DNA of 64,000 bases from Terriglobia bacterium (GTDB taxonomy: Bacteria; Acidobacteriota; Terriglobia; 2-12-FULL-54-10), in the NCBI GenBank assembly GCA_963666975.2, contig CAXVYR010000003.1, positions 288,001 through 352,000 on the forward strand, written 5' to 3'. Position 1 is the stretch's first letter. The number at the start of each line of letters is the position of its first letter. The notes beneath the pieces are model-generated. The model did no database searches, had not been told where the DNA came from, and saw only the letters and a list, made by a program, of their open reading frames with translations. The position numbers and the translations under genes were made by a program. Below, piece by piece: positions 8,654-20,089 of this stretch.

Positions 8654-10531
8654 ATGAAAAGGCAATGGGTTTTGGGATTGGCGATATTGATGTGGGTAAG
8701 CTGGGCTGGACAGGGCCTCCTGTGGGCTCAACAAGCCCCGGATACCATTCTCTACAATGGGAAGATCGCGACCGTGGACAATCATGAAGTCAATGAGAAT
8801 GTAGGCACCATCGCTCAGGCGATTGCGATCCGGGATGGAAAGATTGTAAGGGTGGGGAGCAACGCTGACGTTCGTCGCATGGCAGATAGTAACACCCAAT
8901 CCCTAGACCTGAAGGGGAGACTGGTAACTCCGGGTTTTGGGGCCACGCACGATCATCCGGCGGACTGGGACCCGCTGAATCCGTATATCGTAAGAAAAGT
9001 GGTGACCGACGATATGCACATTGAGCGTTTTTTGAATGTTCCTGCGGATGAGGTGCTACAAAAGTTTCCCCAGGTTCTAGAGGAAGCGGTCCAGAAGGCC
9101 AAGCCCGGCCAATGGATTCGGATCAGTTTACTGTATGGGAAAGAATTTCGGTGGAGGAGAGAGATTTCAGCGTTTTTGGGGCGGCAGATTAACAAGGAGA
9201 TGCTGGATCTGGCAGCTCCCAATAACCCTGTGGAGGTTCGCGGGGGGTTTACCGGAATGTTGGTGAACCAACAAGCGATTGACAAAGTAAAAAAGTTCTA
9301 CGGGGATCAATGGAACAAGTTTCTCTACCCACCGCTGGGAGACCAGGGTGGTGCTCCTACAAATTTTGAGGAGAGAGGAGTCTGTAGCGTCTGCTATCGT
9401 TACGTAGAACAGGACGCACTCTACCCACCCGATGTGTTGCGGGAGATGTACCGTCTGGGGCTGTCCTGGATGGGGGGGTATGGGGTTACCCTCAACGCAA
9501 CGTCGCTGTACACCGGGGGTGCGATTCGGGCCTATAATATCTTGGATCGCCGGGGTCAGATGGCCATTCGCCTTCCCTGGGGTTACTACTGGCCATACCG
9601 GAATGACTTCTTTTCGGATCCCTATTTTATTCAAGCCGCCGTCAGCCGGGAGGGCACAGGCTCGGATTATTTCTGGAATGCGGGCATGACTTCGATGATG
9701 GGCACGGGTTGCAGCGAGTTGCCCGGCACTTCGCCAGAGGTCAAGGAACGGGAACCTGAATGCAGATTTGACAAGCCGGTGAATCGGGCTGTGGAGGCTC
9801 TTTATGAATACGTTAAGGCGGGAGGGCGGCTGACCGGGGATCACATGACGGGAGATAAGGGCATTGATATCGTCCTGGATACTATCGAGAGGGCAAGCAA
9901 GGATGCCGGCATGACGTTGAAGGAGATCCAGGCCAAGCGCCATGTCACTGAACACATGCGTATGTATCCTCGACCGGACCAAATCCCGCGGTTTAAAGAG
10001 CTAGGTATTATGACCAGCGGTTTGGACTTTTACGTTTGGGATGGAAGCGGGCAGGAGACTCTGCGGGATTATGGCGAGCGGGGCGCGATGCAGGTGGTTC
10101 CTCGCAAGAGTCTCTATGACGCTGGTATCATGAACAGTGTCGAAATTGATCGGCCTTTTGGATACACCGACCTGACTTACTTCCATGTGTTTTATGCCGG
10201 CATTACCCGGAAGGATTGGGACGGGAATGTGACCGCCCCGCAGCAGGCAGTGAGCCGAGAAGCGATGTTGAAGTCGGCGACGCTTTGGGGGGCGTATGGC
10301 ACTAAGCGGGAAGATGTCCTCGGTTCCCTGGAGCCGGGCAAGTGGGCGGACTTGGTGATTCTGAACAAAGACTATTTGACGATCCCTGTGGATGATATTC
10401 TGACGATCCGAGTCCTCATGACGATGGTGGGCGGCAAACCGGTGCATCTGGTTCCGTCCCTAGCGCGGGAGTGGGGAATGCAACCCACTGGAGCCCAGGT
10501 GGAACTCGGCGGACCAGCGGCTCAATGGTGA
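8654..10531 (+). CDS. Exported Amidohydro_3 (YtcJ-like) amidohydrolase, paralogue 1
   Basis: Sec signal, YNGKIAT, AIAIRDGKI, DLKGRLVTPG..THDH, GSLEPGKWADLVIL, MTMVGG. Confidence 0.9.
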   Translation: MKRQWVLGLAILMWVSWAGQGLLWAQQAPDTILYNGKIATVDNHEVNENVGTIAQAIAIRDGKIVRVGSNADVRRMADSNTQSLDLKGRLVTPGFGATHDHPADWDPLNPYIVRKVVTDDMHIERFLNVPADEVLQKFPQVLEEAVQKAKPGQWIRISLLYGKEFRWRREISAFLGRQINKEMLDLAAPNNPVEVRGGFTGMLVNQQAIDKVKKFYGDQWNKFLYPPLGDQGGAPTNFEERGVCSVCYRYVEQDALYPPDVLREMYRLGLSWMGGYGVTLNATSLYTGGAIRAYNILDRRGQMAIRLPWGYYWPYRNDFFSDPYFIQAAVSREGTGSDYFWNAGMTSMMGTGCSELPGTSPEVKEREPECRFDKPVNRAVEALYEYVKAGGRLTGDHMTGDKGIDIVLDTIERASKDAGMTLKEIQAKRHVTEHMRMYPRPDQIPRFKELGIMTSGLDFYVWDGSGQETLRDYGERGAMQVVPRKSLYDAGIMNSVEIDRPFGYTDLTYFHVFYAGITRKDWDGNVTAPQQAVSREAMLKSATLWGAYGTKREDVLGSLEPGKWADLVILNKDYLTIPVDDILTIRVLMTMVGGKPVHLVPSLAREWGMQPTGAQVELGGPAAQW

Positions 10532-10798
10532 TATAGCTGCGTCCCAGGACCAGACCGATCTTTTGTACCAGCGTGACTGACAGAGTTTACATCACTGCCT
10601 AGGGTTGAGAAAGTGGATTTGGTGCGGGATGTGGGAGGGCTAGCTCTGCCCTGGAGCGGCGGGCGCAACAATTGTCCAAGGGGTTCAGCCGGTCGGCGAG
10701 AATGGCCGTCTCCGCAGACCCTGTAGTGGGTGTAGTGACTTGTGAGGGGGTATGCGGGAAAAGTCGGAGAGGAGTTGGCCTGAGTCCTCCTCATATAC

Positions 10799-10891
10799 CC
10801 CCCCTATATACCCACTACAGTCACTACAAACACGTAATCGGTTGAGAGGTGCTCGGCCCGCAGCTTGATTTCCGATCAGCGGTTCTGCATT
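10799..10891 (+). repeat. 93-bp direct repeat, copy 1
   Basis: Identical to 11963-12055. Contains tandem CACTACA motifs. Confidence 0.9.
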
Positions 10892-11962
10892 CGAAGTGAC
10901 GAGTAACGCGCCGTAGCGGATCGGGAAGTATGCCCTGGCCGAGGCGTTCCCATGGTTTCTTCACGGTATGAAATCGGATCGCAAGAAACGCTGGTTCTGT
11001 CTGCGTGGATGAGAATACGCGGCAGTTGGAGCAAGACGTTCTCTTTTCCGCACGTCCCGAAAAATGCGGCTCTCGCAGAGTTGTGAAGACAAAGAGTCGC
11101 TCGAAGCGGATGTACCGCTCGATTGATCGTAAATCCAACCGTAGAACGCGCCCGCTCCGGAACCTCGTCCGAGGATGTTGACATCGTGCACGGCACCGGC
11201 CGTGCTCACGGCGGAGAAACGTGATTCGGGATTTTTGCCCTGCAGGTCTCAGCAGCGTATGCGCTGACGGCAGCCTTACCAGCTGATTGTTGGAATACTT
11301 CCTCGGAGATCGTGGCCCACGGAAACAGCGCAGAGGTCGCAAATGGTGGCTGGAGTCCAGCGGAGGCTCTGACCCAGTCGACGCTTCCCGATCCCCGCAC
11401 ATCGCGCGCATCCACGCCCACGGGCCGTGATGCCGATACCAACCCTCCAGGGCGAAGTCCGACCGTCGGATGCGCCAGTCTCTACCAGTGCGACTCGTTG
11501 GCATCGGCCAGTCCCGGTCGAGTCTTCGCGCCACGTTGCCGCGCAATCCGATAGTCCGCGTCAAAGAGTTTGCTAACGTCTGGAACGCATGACACGCCTC
11601 GATGTCGCGGAGAGCTGGGCTCGCGGTAAGTCACCATTGAGCGCCCATCAGGCCAGAAACTGGTCCCAGCAAGCAGGCAACGCTTCGCAGGTGCCATCGC
11701 GTCTCTCCACGGTATGCGCGTGACGCATTTGTGAAACTCGTACATGAGGGCACGTGATCCATGATAAGCTGAGCGAAAACGGTGCGACCGATGCTTCATG
11801 CACTGATTCTGTCGCCTACCCCAGTCTTTACGTTGCAAAGCCATTTTTCGCCCTCGAAAAGAGGAATTTCAAATCGATAAAATGCTCCAAGGTGCCCGTT
11901 GGAACCTTTTGCTCTCATTTGAGACTTGTTGGCTGTTCTGAAATTTTAGCCGGACAGCAGTG

Positions 11963-12055
11963 CCCCCCTATATACCCACTACAGTCACTACAAACACGTA
12001 ATCGGTTGAGAGGTGCTCGGCCCGCAGCTTGATTTCCGATCAGCGGTTCTGCATT
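11963..12055 (+). repeat. 93-bp direct repeat, copy 2
   Basis: Identical to 10799-10891. Confidence 0.9.
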
Positions 12056-12427
12056 TCAAGGGACTGGCCCGATTCGCACGATCTCCAGTGTGTTCCCATC
12101 CAGAGACGCGCTGACCGCGACCTGCTCCCCGGCGAATCTCCTCAACTCCTCGGCGTCGCCTCGGAGGTTATGGATGACGCCCTCAATGAGCAGGACGTAG
12201 TCGGAGCCATTCTCTACGCAGGCAATGGTGCACTGCTTAGGGTCATCGGTCTTGTGCATCATGCCGCAGGAAGCGTCAGAGATAACGCCCTCGAAGGTAT
12301 GAACGCCCTGGAAAGATTGCTGGGTCTCTGCGGTTTGTTCGCCACTATCAGGCCGCGTGCATCCCGTCAGGACTGCGACGACTAGCAAGGCAACGGAATA
12401 TATACTAACGTAACGCCATATCACCAT
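12056..12427 (-). CDS. Small lipoprotein with a Cys/His motif (DASCGMMH..CTIACV)
   Basis: Lipobox LTGC, AAGGAG RBS. Confidence 0.7.
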   Translation of the reverse strand: MVIWRYVSIYSVALLVVAVLTGCTRPDSGEQTAETQQSFQGVHTFEGVISDASCGMMHKTDDPKQCTIACVENGSDYVLLIEGVIHNLRGDAEELRRFAGEQVAVSASLDGNTLEIVRIGPVP

Positions 12428-12503
12428 TTTGCTATCTCCTTTCCAACCGGTATTTCCATTTTGAGCTTCCCCTTTTCCTCAAAACATACGCCTTGACTGT
12501 CTG

Positions 12504-13088
12504 TCATTCCTGCGGATTCACTTGAGCGTTCTTTTCCCGGATCGCCTTTGCACGGGCTTCCATCTTTGCAGCTTCGCTTTCCCTGTTCGTCTTCCGAAGG
12601 AGGTCGGCGTAGTTCTCCAGGCTAATAGCCACGTTCAGATGCTCCAGGCCCAAGGTCTTTTCACGGATCGCCAGTGAACGTATATACAGAGGCTCGGCCT
12701 CGGCGTACTTCCCCTGGAAACGGTAGAGCGTCGCCAAGTTATTGAGGGTCGTGGCCAGGTTCGGATGCGCTGGCCCGGGAACTTTCTCCTGGATTACCAG
12801 CGACCTCTGGATGAACGACACGGACTCGGCGTAATTGCCCAACTTAATGTACAGCGTCGCTAGACTGTTGAGGTTCCTTACTAGGCGAGGGTCTTCTGGC
12901 ACGAACTTTTCCGCTTCCTGGAGCGCGGCCAGCAACTGCTTCTCAGCCTCGTCGTTACGGCCTTGCCGATAAGCCTTCCTCCCAGCGGTGAAGTATCTTT
13001 CCCATAGCGTATCTTGGGCGGATGCTTGTTCAGAGACCAGCATCAAGCACAAAACACCAAGCAGCGACAAACGAATCTGGGTGCTCAT
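12504..13088 (-). CDS. Exported tetratricopeptide-repeat protein
   Basis: Signal peptide, repeats LNNLATLYRFQGKYAEAEPLYIRSLAIREK, GAGGGAGG RBS. Confidence 0.88.
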   Translation of the reverse strand: MSTQIRLSLLGVLCLMLVSEQASAQDTLWERYFTAGRKAYRQGRNDEAEKQLLAALQEAEKFVPEDPRLVRNLNSLATLYIKLGNYAESVSFIQRSLVIQEKVPGPAHPNLATTLNNLATLYRFQGKYAEAEPLYIRSLAIREKTLGLEHLNVAISLENYADLLRKTNRESEAAKMEARAKAIREKNAQVNPQE

Positions 13089-13448
13089 TAGGCCTCCCTC
13101 TATTTCAACGCTCGAACTTCCCAACCCCTGGAGGACATGATTAGCAAGTCTTGCCACGCTTATAAACCTCCTGGCTGTTGAATTCAAGAGCGTTTGTGAG
13201 GGAAGTGCGACTGGGAGCCGGTGGGACCATCTGGGAGAAAACCCCGTGCCCAGAGGCTCTACTGGGGGCAAAGGGGGTATACTGTCAACCGCCGAAAGGT
13301 CAAAAAACTAATTCCGGGTTAATGAAGGAAGTGCCGGTGAAGTAGTCTCTGACTCTGCTTCTGAAGGTAGTTCACACAATCGGTTCGTCTATTTAATTTC
13401 TCCGACTATTCGATCACTCAGAAGTCGGCTAATCACTGGATTTCAAAA

Positions 13449-14897
13449 ATGACCGTTCTCTTCGACAACACCTATGCCCAACTGCCGGAACGTTTCTTTG
13501 CGAAACAGGAACCCGCCCGTGTTCCGGAACCGAAGCTCATCCGTCTCAACTTGGAACTAGCGGCAAAGCTCGCGATCGACGCTGACTGGCTGAAATCAGT
13601 TGACGGCGTGGCAATGCTCGCGGGGAATGCAATTCCCAAGGGTGCCGAGCCGATTGCACAAGCCTACGCTGGCCATCAGTTTGGAGGATTCTCCCCACAA
13701 CTCGGCGACGGTCGCGCGCTCCTTCTCGGTGAAGTTGTCGACATCGACGGCGCACGGCACGATCTACAGTTAAAAGGCTCAGGGCGTACGCCATTCTCGC
13801 GAGGCGGCGATGGCAAATCTGCACTCGGCCCGGTGATCCGCGAATACATTGTCAGCGAGGCCATGGCAGCGCTCGGGGTTCCCACGACCCGGGCACTCGC
13901 CGCAGTTACCACCGGCGAAAGAGTAATGCGTCAAGAAGGGCCGCTCCTGGGCGCTGTCTTCACCCGTGTTGCTGCAAGTCACATTCGCGTTGGAACTTTT
14001 CAGTATTTTTTAGCACGAAACGATATCGATGCGCTGCGACTGCTCGCCGATTATGTCATTGCCCGGCACTATCCGGACGCCGCTGAAGCGCCAAATTCTT
14101 ATGTGGCTTTGTTAGAGTCGGTCGCGGCTGGCCAAGCGGATATGATCGCCCATTGGATGTCTCTAGGTTTCATTCACGGTGTGATGAACACGGACAACTC
14201 CGCCATCTCTGGGGAGACGATCGACTATGGCCCGTGCGCGTTCATGGACGCCTTCCACTCGCAGCGTGTCTTCAGTTCCATTGACTCCAGTGGCCGCTAT
14301 GCCTGGGGCAACCAGCCCGACATTGGGCTTTGGAACGGCACCCGTTTCGCAGAAACCCTGCTGCCATTGTTTTCTGAAGACCCTAACGAGGCGATCAAGA
14401 TCGCCGAAGCCGCACTATCCGGATATCCTGAGCGATTTAGTAGCCAATATATCGCCCGCTTCCGCGCTAAATTGGGCCTCCCATCTGAGGCACCGGTCGC
14501 GCTCATTCAGGAGTGTCTCGACCTACTCGATGACCAATCGGTCGACTTCACACTCTTTTTCCGTAATCTCACACGTGTCGCCAGCGGAGAGGATACTAAA
14601 ACGCTTGATGCGATGTTTTCTAGAAGTGAGCCTTTTGGAAAATGGTTCACTAAATGGGATAGAGAAGCCAACCCCGCCAAGCACCTCGCCGAGATGCGAG
14701 CTGCCAACCCGATCCTAATCCCGCGCAATCACCGCGTCGAGCAAGCCATCCAAAGCGCCTATGATGGTGATTTTGCCCAATTCCACCGTCTCGTCGATGC
14801 CCTAGCTGCGCCCTACGCTGATCAACTCGAATACGCGGATCTGGAATCGCCACCGCGACCAGAAGAAATCGTCCAGGAAACTTTCTGCGGCACCTAA
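13449..14897 (+). CDS. selO: Protein adenylyltransferase SelO (YdiU family)
   Basis: YAGHQFG, QLGDGRA, QLKGSGRTPFSRGGDG, HGVMNTDN, IDYGP and C-terminal TFCGT. Confidence 0.95.
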   Translation: MTVLFDNTYAQLPERFFAKQEPARVPEPKLIRLNLELAAKLAIDADWLKSVDGVAMLAGNAIPKGAEPIAQAYAGHQFGGFSPQLGDGRALLLGEVVDIDGARHDLQLKGSGRTPFSRGGDGKSALGPVIREYIVSEAMAALGVPTTRALAAVTTGERVMRQEGPLLGAVFTRVAASHIRVGTFQYFLARNDIDALRLLADYVIARHYPDAAEAPNSYVALLESVAAGQADMIAHWMSLGFIHGVMNTDNSAISGETIDYGPCAFMDAFHSQRVFSSIDSSGRYAWGNQPDIGLWNGTRFAETLLPLFSEDPNEAIKIAEAALSGYPERFSSQYIARFRAKLGLPSEAPVALIQECLDLLDDQSVDFTLFFRNLTRVASGEDTKTLDAMFSRSEPFGKWFTKWDREANPAKHLAEMRAANPILIPRNHRVEQAIQSAYDGDFAQFHRLVDALAAPYADQLEYADLESPPRPEEIVQETFCGT

Positions 14898-15319
14898 CAC
14901 CCGATTCATTAGCGCAAGAAATGATTCGTCATGCTCGTCTGCTTCTGAAAGTAGCTTGCGAACCTAATTCGGACATTCAATTTGAATACTATGGTCACAT
15001 CGAGGAAGTAGGCCCGAATCCTCTTTTATTTAAAACTACGGCAGATTTTCCAGCAGTACAACGACGGCCCTGGCCAAGACCCATACCCCCATTCGCAAAA
15101 GCCCAGTGGCGGGGACCCCCATTCGCAAAGCAAGTGACCCGTGGGCGACCCCCTCTGCCGTTTTTTGTGGGAACGGAAATCGAGTGGATGGTTGCAAGCC
15201 GGCCAAAAGATTTCCTGTCCTTCTACTATTAGGACCCTTGCCTTGCCCTCTGTTGCATCGTCCTTAGCCATCTCGGCCCCATATACCCCCGATTCAGGCA
15301 AGGGCAGGCTAGGGTCACC

Positions 15320-15762
15320 ATTATTGCCTATAATCTCGGCAACCTGTGGCGGCGACTGGTGCTGCCACAGAGAATCGAGAACTGGTCGTTGACGAGTTTG
15401 CAGCAGCGGCTGGTGAAACACGCCCGGTACAATTGGTTGCTGGTGGCGGAGAGTCATCTGACGCGGCGGCTGTTTGGAGCGATGGTGGGGCGAATCGGGG
15501 CGTTGTCGATGCCTGCAGGGTAGCCGAAACCGCCCGGCAGGCAGAAAAATCCATCAACTAAAGATGTAAGGGACGGAGTAGTGTCTGGGAAATCGCATGA
15601 AAATGAGGCGATTTCTAGTTTTCCCATACCCGGAAGAGGCAGGGATGGCCCCTTCGTAGGCCGCCGGAGTCGTTCGGGATGGAAAGGATGAAAATACGGT
15701 CCCAACGGAGGCGCTTGGGTGTATGCTGGCAGTTCGCCGGGAAGGCAAAATGGAAATCCTGG
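15320..15762 (+). mobile_element. IS1380-family remnant: transposase C-terminus plus right end
   Basis: Translates as AYNLGNLWRRLVLPQRIENWSLTSLQQRLVK..HARY..AESHLTRRLFGAMVGRI..PAG*. Ends with AAAATGGAAATCCTGG. Confidence 0.75.
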
Positions 15763-15824
15763 CTAAGGTATGAAACCATAGAAGTGTTAACAATACCGAT
15801 ACAGCCAACAGCAGGAGGAGACTT

Positions 15825-16448
15825 ATGATGCAAGGACGAAAGGTCCTCGCGCTGATTGTTTCGATCTTCGCGTGGGTTGTGATGTCTAACGCCCAAACAC
15901 CGGCGCTGCTCGTCAGCTATCCAGAGTACATTCTTTACAACGGAAAGGTGGTTACGGTAGATAATCCGGACACCACCACAAATCTTGGTACGATTACTCA
16001 GGCAGTTTCCGTCCGGCAGGGAAAGATTCTCGCTGTCGGGTCCAATGCACAGATTCAAATTCTTGCCGGACCACAGACCAAGAGCATCGATCTGAAAGGT
16101 CGAACCGTATTGCCGGGCCTGATTTCCACCCACGAGCATATTCCCGATTGGGCGTACATGAATCCGAGAGCCTACGGAACAGTGGTTACTGACAATGATG
16201 CTGTTAGTCGATATTTAACAGGAACTCCAAAGGAGCAAGCCGCCAAGTTGCAGCCAACCATCGTAGAGGCGGTTAGAGCGGCAAAGCCCGGGCAATGGAT
16301 CCGGATCTATTCGGATTGGGGCTATCTCCGGGTAAACATGGGAGCAGTGAGTGCCGCGATGCGCCCCGTTATATCAAAGAGTATCCTGGATAATTTAGCG
16401 CCCAATAACCCCATCGTGGTTATCGCAGGTGCCGGCGGAGTTGTGAAC
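15825..16448 (+). pseudogene. Amidohydro_3 paralogue 2, N-terminal part (interrupted by IS3)
   Basis: Signal peptide, DLKGRTVLPG..THEH, APNNP. Cut at the IS terminal TG at 16449. Confidence 0.88.
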
Positions 16449-17395
16449 TGTACGTCGTCAGATAATGTTGGACACAGAGCATAAAAAGATAAGGTGGCGT
16501 TCAGGCTCCTCTGGGTTGATGTTAGGCTGCCCTTCTTTTGAAGTGCAACCGTTTTCTTAAGATCATAGTTTTCTCTTTGATGCGATCCCGTTTTTGCAGG
16601 ATGGCACTGCCTTGGCCTGTAAAAACGTCATACGGTGTCAGGTTGTTCAGGCTTTCATGGTATCGGTTGGTGTTGTAGTGGTTGACGAAGGCATCGATCT
16701 GCCGCTCCAGCTCTTCTGGCAGGTAATAGTTGTTGAGCAGGATGCGGTCTTTCAGAGTTCGGTGCCAGCGTTCGATCTTGCCCTGCGTCATGGGGTGATA
16801 GGGCTTGCCGCGAGTATGCGGCACGCTGTTTTCTGCCAGCCATGATTGCAGTTCGGAAGAGACGTAGCACGGCCCGTTGTCGCTCAGGAGGCGAGGTCTG
16901 TGCCGGGCGCCCACGCGGTCGAGGCCGGTGGCTTGCAAAGCATCCCGCAACGTGGCCGAGACGTCACTTGCGCTCATGGTTTTGCACAGCCGCCAGGCGA
17001 TGATATAGCGCGAGAAGTCGTCCAGCACCGTGGACAGGTAGAACCAGCCCCAACCGATGACTTTCAGGTAGGTGAAGTCGGTCTGCCAGAGCTGGTTGAC
17101 CGCCGTGGTCGGGTTGGCGAACCGTTCCGCCGCTTTCAGGACAATAAAGGCTGGCGCGGTAATCAGGTCATGGCTTTTCAGGACGCGGTAAACCGTCGAT
17201 TCAGAAAGGTAATACCGCCTTTCCTCGGTAAAACGCACCGCCAGCTCGCGTGACGACAGATCGGGCTCGGCCAGGGCTAACGTCACCAACTGCTGAGTTA
17301 TCTCCTCCGGCACCTTGTTCCAGACAGGGCCAGGATCTGGTTTTTTGTCTTCCAGCCCATCAAAGCCTTCCGACACATAGCGGTCGTACCAGTTG
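16449..17395 (-). mobile_element. Partial inverted IS3-family copy (right end plus most of orfB)
   Basis: Reverse complement of 17961-18907, with at least one synonymous difference. Confidence 0.9.
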
Positions 17396-17482
17396 TGTGC
17401 CCCGTCAGGGCTTGTTGGACAGGTAGAGGGTAATAGTTAAGGTGATGTTTTTGGCTCATCGTAGAGACTGAAAGGAACGAAG

Positions 17483-17854
17483 ATGAGACAAAAACAAGAC
17501 GACAGGGGGGCGGTCGAGAAGGCCGTCCGGGAGATCAAACGCAGGACGCGGCGCAGGTTCAGCCCGGAAGACAAAATCCGCATTGTATTGCAGGGACTTC
17601 GCGGCGAGGACAGCATCGCGGAGCTGTGCCGCCGCGAGGGGCTGCACCAGAACCAGTATTACCGCTGGAGCAAGGAGTTTCTGGAGGCTGGCCGCAAGCG
17701 GCTGGCGGGCGACATAGACCGTGAGGCAACCAGTGGCGAAGTCAAGACTCTGCGGGAGCAGGCCGTACAGCTGAAAGAGGCCCTGGCCGAGGCTATGCTG
17801 GAAAATCGCCTGCTAAAAAAAAGCGTGATCGGGGATGGGGAGGAACATACATGA
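17483..17854 (+). CDS. IS3-family transposase OrfA (HTH)
   Basis: RRRFSPEDKIRIVL..SIAELCRREG. The A8 run at ~17815-17822 is a likely -1 frameshift site. Confidence 0.9.
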   Translation: MRQKQDDRGAVEKAVREIKRRTRRRFSPEDKIRIVLQGLRGEDSIAELCRREGLHQNQYYRWSKEFLEAGRKRLAGDIDREATSGEVKTLREQAVQLKEALAEAMLENRLLKKSVIGDGEEHT

Positions 17855-18834
17855 GATACCCTGCCTCGGAGAAGCTGGAGATCATCTGCACGGTGGAGCA
17901 ATCTGCCCTGGGGGTGCGCCGGACGCTGCAGCAGGTTGGCATTCCCAGATCGACGTTTTACAACTGGTACGACCGCTATGTGTCGGAAGGCTTTGATGGG
18001 CTGGAAGACAAAAAACCCGATCCTGGCCCTGTCTGGAACAAGGTGCCGGAGGAGATAACTCAGCAGTTGGTGACGTTAGCCCTGGCCGAGCCCGATCTGT
18101 CGTCACGCGAGCTGGCGGTGCGTTTTACCGAGGAAAGGCGGTATTACCTTTCTGAATCGACGGTTTACCGCGTCCTGAAAAGCCATGACCTGATTACCGC
18201 GCCAGCCTTTATTGTCCTGAAAGCGGCGGAACGGTTCGCCAACCCGACCACGGCGGTCAACCAGCTCTGGCAGACCGACTTCACCTACCTGAAAGTCATC
18301 GGTTGGGGCTGGTTCTACCTGTCCACGGTGCTGGACGACTTCTCGCGCTATATCATCGCCTGGCGGCTGTGCAAAACCATGAGCGCAAGTGACGTCTCGG
18401 CCACGTTGCGGGATGCTTTGCAAGCCACCGGCCTCGACCGCGTGGGCGCCCGGCACAGACCTCGCCTCCTGAGCGACAACGGGCCGTGCTACGTCTCTTC
18501 CGAACTGCAATCATGGCTGGCAGAAAACAGCGTGCCGCATACTCGCGGCAAGCCCTATCACCCCATGACGCAGGGCAAGATCGAACGCTGGCACCGAACT
18601 CTGAAAGACCGCATCCTGCTCAACAACTATTACCTGCCAGAAGAGCTGGAGCGGCAGATCGATGCCTTCGTCAACCACTACAACACCAACCGATACCATG
18701 AAAGCCTGAACAACCTGACACCGTATGACGTTTTTACAGGCCAAGGCAGTGCCATCCTGCAAAAACGGGATCGCATCAAAGAGAAAACTATGATCTTAAG
18801 AAAACGGTTGCACTTCAAAAGAAGGGCAGCCTAA
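17851..18834 (+). CDS. IS3-family transposase OrfB (DDE)
   Basis: WQTDFTY, LDDFSR, SDNG, GKIERWHRTLK. Confidence 0.92.
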   Translation: MRYPASEKLEIICTVEQSALGVRRTLQQVGIPRSTFYNWYDRYVSEGFDGLEDKKPDPGPVWNKVPEEITQQLVTLALAEPDLSSRELAVRFTEERRYYLSESTVYRVLKSHDLITAPAFIVLKAAERFANPTTAVNQLWQTDFTYLKVIGWGWFYLSTVLDDFSRYIIAWRLCKTMSASDVSATLRDALQATGLDRVGARHRPRLLSDNGPCYVSSELQSWLAENSVPHTRGKPYHPMTQGKIERWHRTLKDRILLNNYYLPEELERQIDAFVNHYNTNRYHESLNNLTPYDVFTGQGSAILQKRDRIKEKTMILRKRLHFKRRAA

Positions 18835-18907
18835 CATCAACCCAGAGGAGCCTGAACGCCACCTTATCTTTTTATGCTCTGTGTCCAACATTATCTGACG
18901 ACGTACA

Positions 18908-19904
18908 CCTGGACGAACGGGGAGAGATGTCCATTCGCACGGGGTGGGGTTATCTGGGCCCCGATTATTCGCAAGGAACATTGGAAACCATGGCCAGCCT
19001 GGTGGGCACCGGAACGGATTACATGTGGCTGGTGGGTGCTTGGGCGGTGAAAAACGGAGGTTCTTGCACCACTATCAATGCGAAGCCGGAAGTCAAGGCG
19101 AGGGAAAATTGCAACTTTTCACCTCCAGGTTCTGAAGACTTCAAGGAAACCGGCTATCAGCAGATGTACGACATCATCAAGAGTGGGCTGCGAGTGGCTA
19201 CGATGCACTCAGGAGGCGACAAGGACATTGACCAGTACATGGACATTATAGAAAAGGCGAGTGCGGATGCTGGTATGACCCTGGATGAAATCCGCGCGAA
19301 GCGCCACACTTTTGACCATCTAAGTCTTGCTCCTCGTCCGGGGCAACTGGATCGGCTCAAAAAGTTGGGAATGATGACCAGCGGGAACCCCATGTACGTG
19401 TACAACACGGCCCCTGACGTAGCCAAAGATTACGGTGAAGAATACACAGCTTGGATCGATCCGAGGAAAAACCAGGTCGATGCCGGGATTATGAGTTCAT
19501 TAGAGACAGATACTCCACTTAGTCAGCATGAGGGCACGATCTTCGAAGTGGCCGTCGTCGAGTTGACGCGCCGGTCCATGGATGGGAATCTCGTCGAGTT
19601 GACGCGCCGGTCCATGGATGGGAAGGTGCATTCACCCAATATGCAAATGGATCGTGAACGGGTATTGAAATCAATGACGACCTGGGGAGCTTACTACTTA
19701 ATCAGAGAGAAATTGTTAGGATCGCTCGAACCCGGAAAGCTGGCAGACATGATCATCATTGACCGGGATTACCTGACAATTCCAGAAGAGGAGGTTGGCA
19801 AGATTCAGGTGCTGGCAACGATGGTAGGCGGGAAGTTCGTGTATGCGGGTCGGGACTTTGCGACCGAAAACGGAATGAGCCCAGTCGGCTACCAAAGGAA
19901 CTAG
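18908..19904 (+). pseudogene. Amidohydro_3 paralogue 2, C-terminal part
   Basis: Resumes as LDERGEM immediately after the IS. MHSGGDKDID, KRHTFDH, GSLEPGKLAD. Confidence 0.88.
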
Positions 19905-20089
19905 CAATGAGTGGCACCGCCCTTGTGGTGGACACGGCCGTGCGGCACACTTGGCTCTAAAAAAAACGCTGGAAGCCACCACGATAAGGACGAAAGCAGT
20001 GTCAAGGCAAAAGGAAATGATCTGTGCCTCGATCATGGCCCACTAGGGCACTACCTGCGAGGAGGCCCGGCGGAAGCGTAACACTGGTT

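Larger units (their letters stand above)
17396..18907 (+). mobile_element. Complete IS3-family element (~1512 bp)
   Basis: TG...CA ends. Imperfect IRs TGTGCCCCGTCAGGGCTTGTTGGACA / TGTACGTCGTCAGATAATGTTGGACA. orfA/orfB organisation. Confidence 0.92.

Noticed and set aside
10824-11844. ORFs 10824-11564(-) and 11482-11844(-)
   Set aside because: Arg-rich, no recognisable motif or RBS; probably spurious or decayed.
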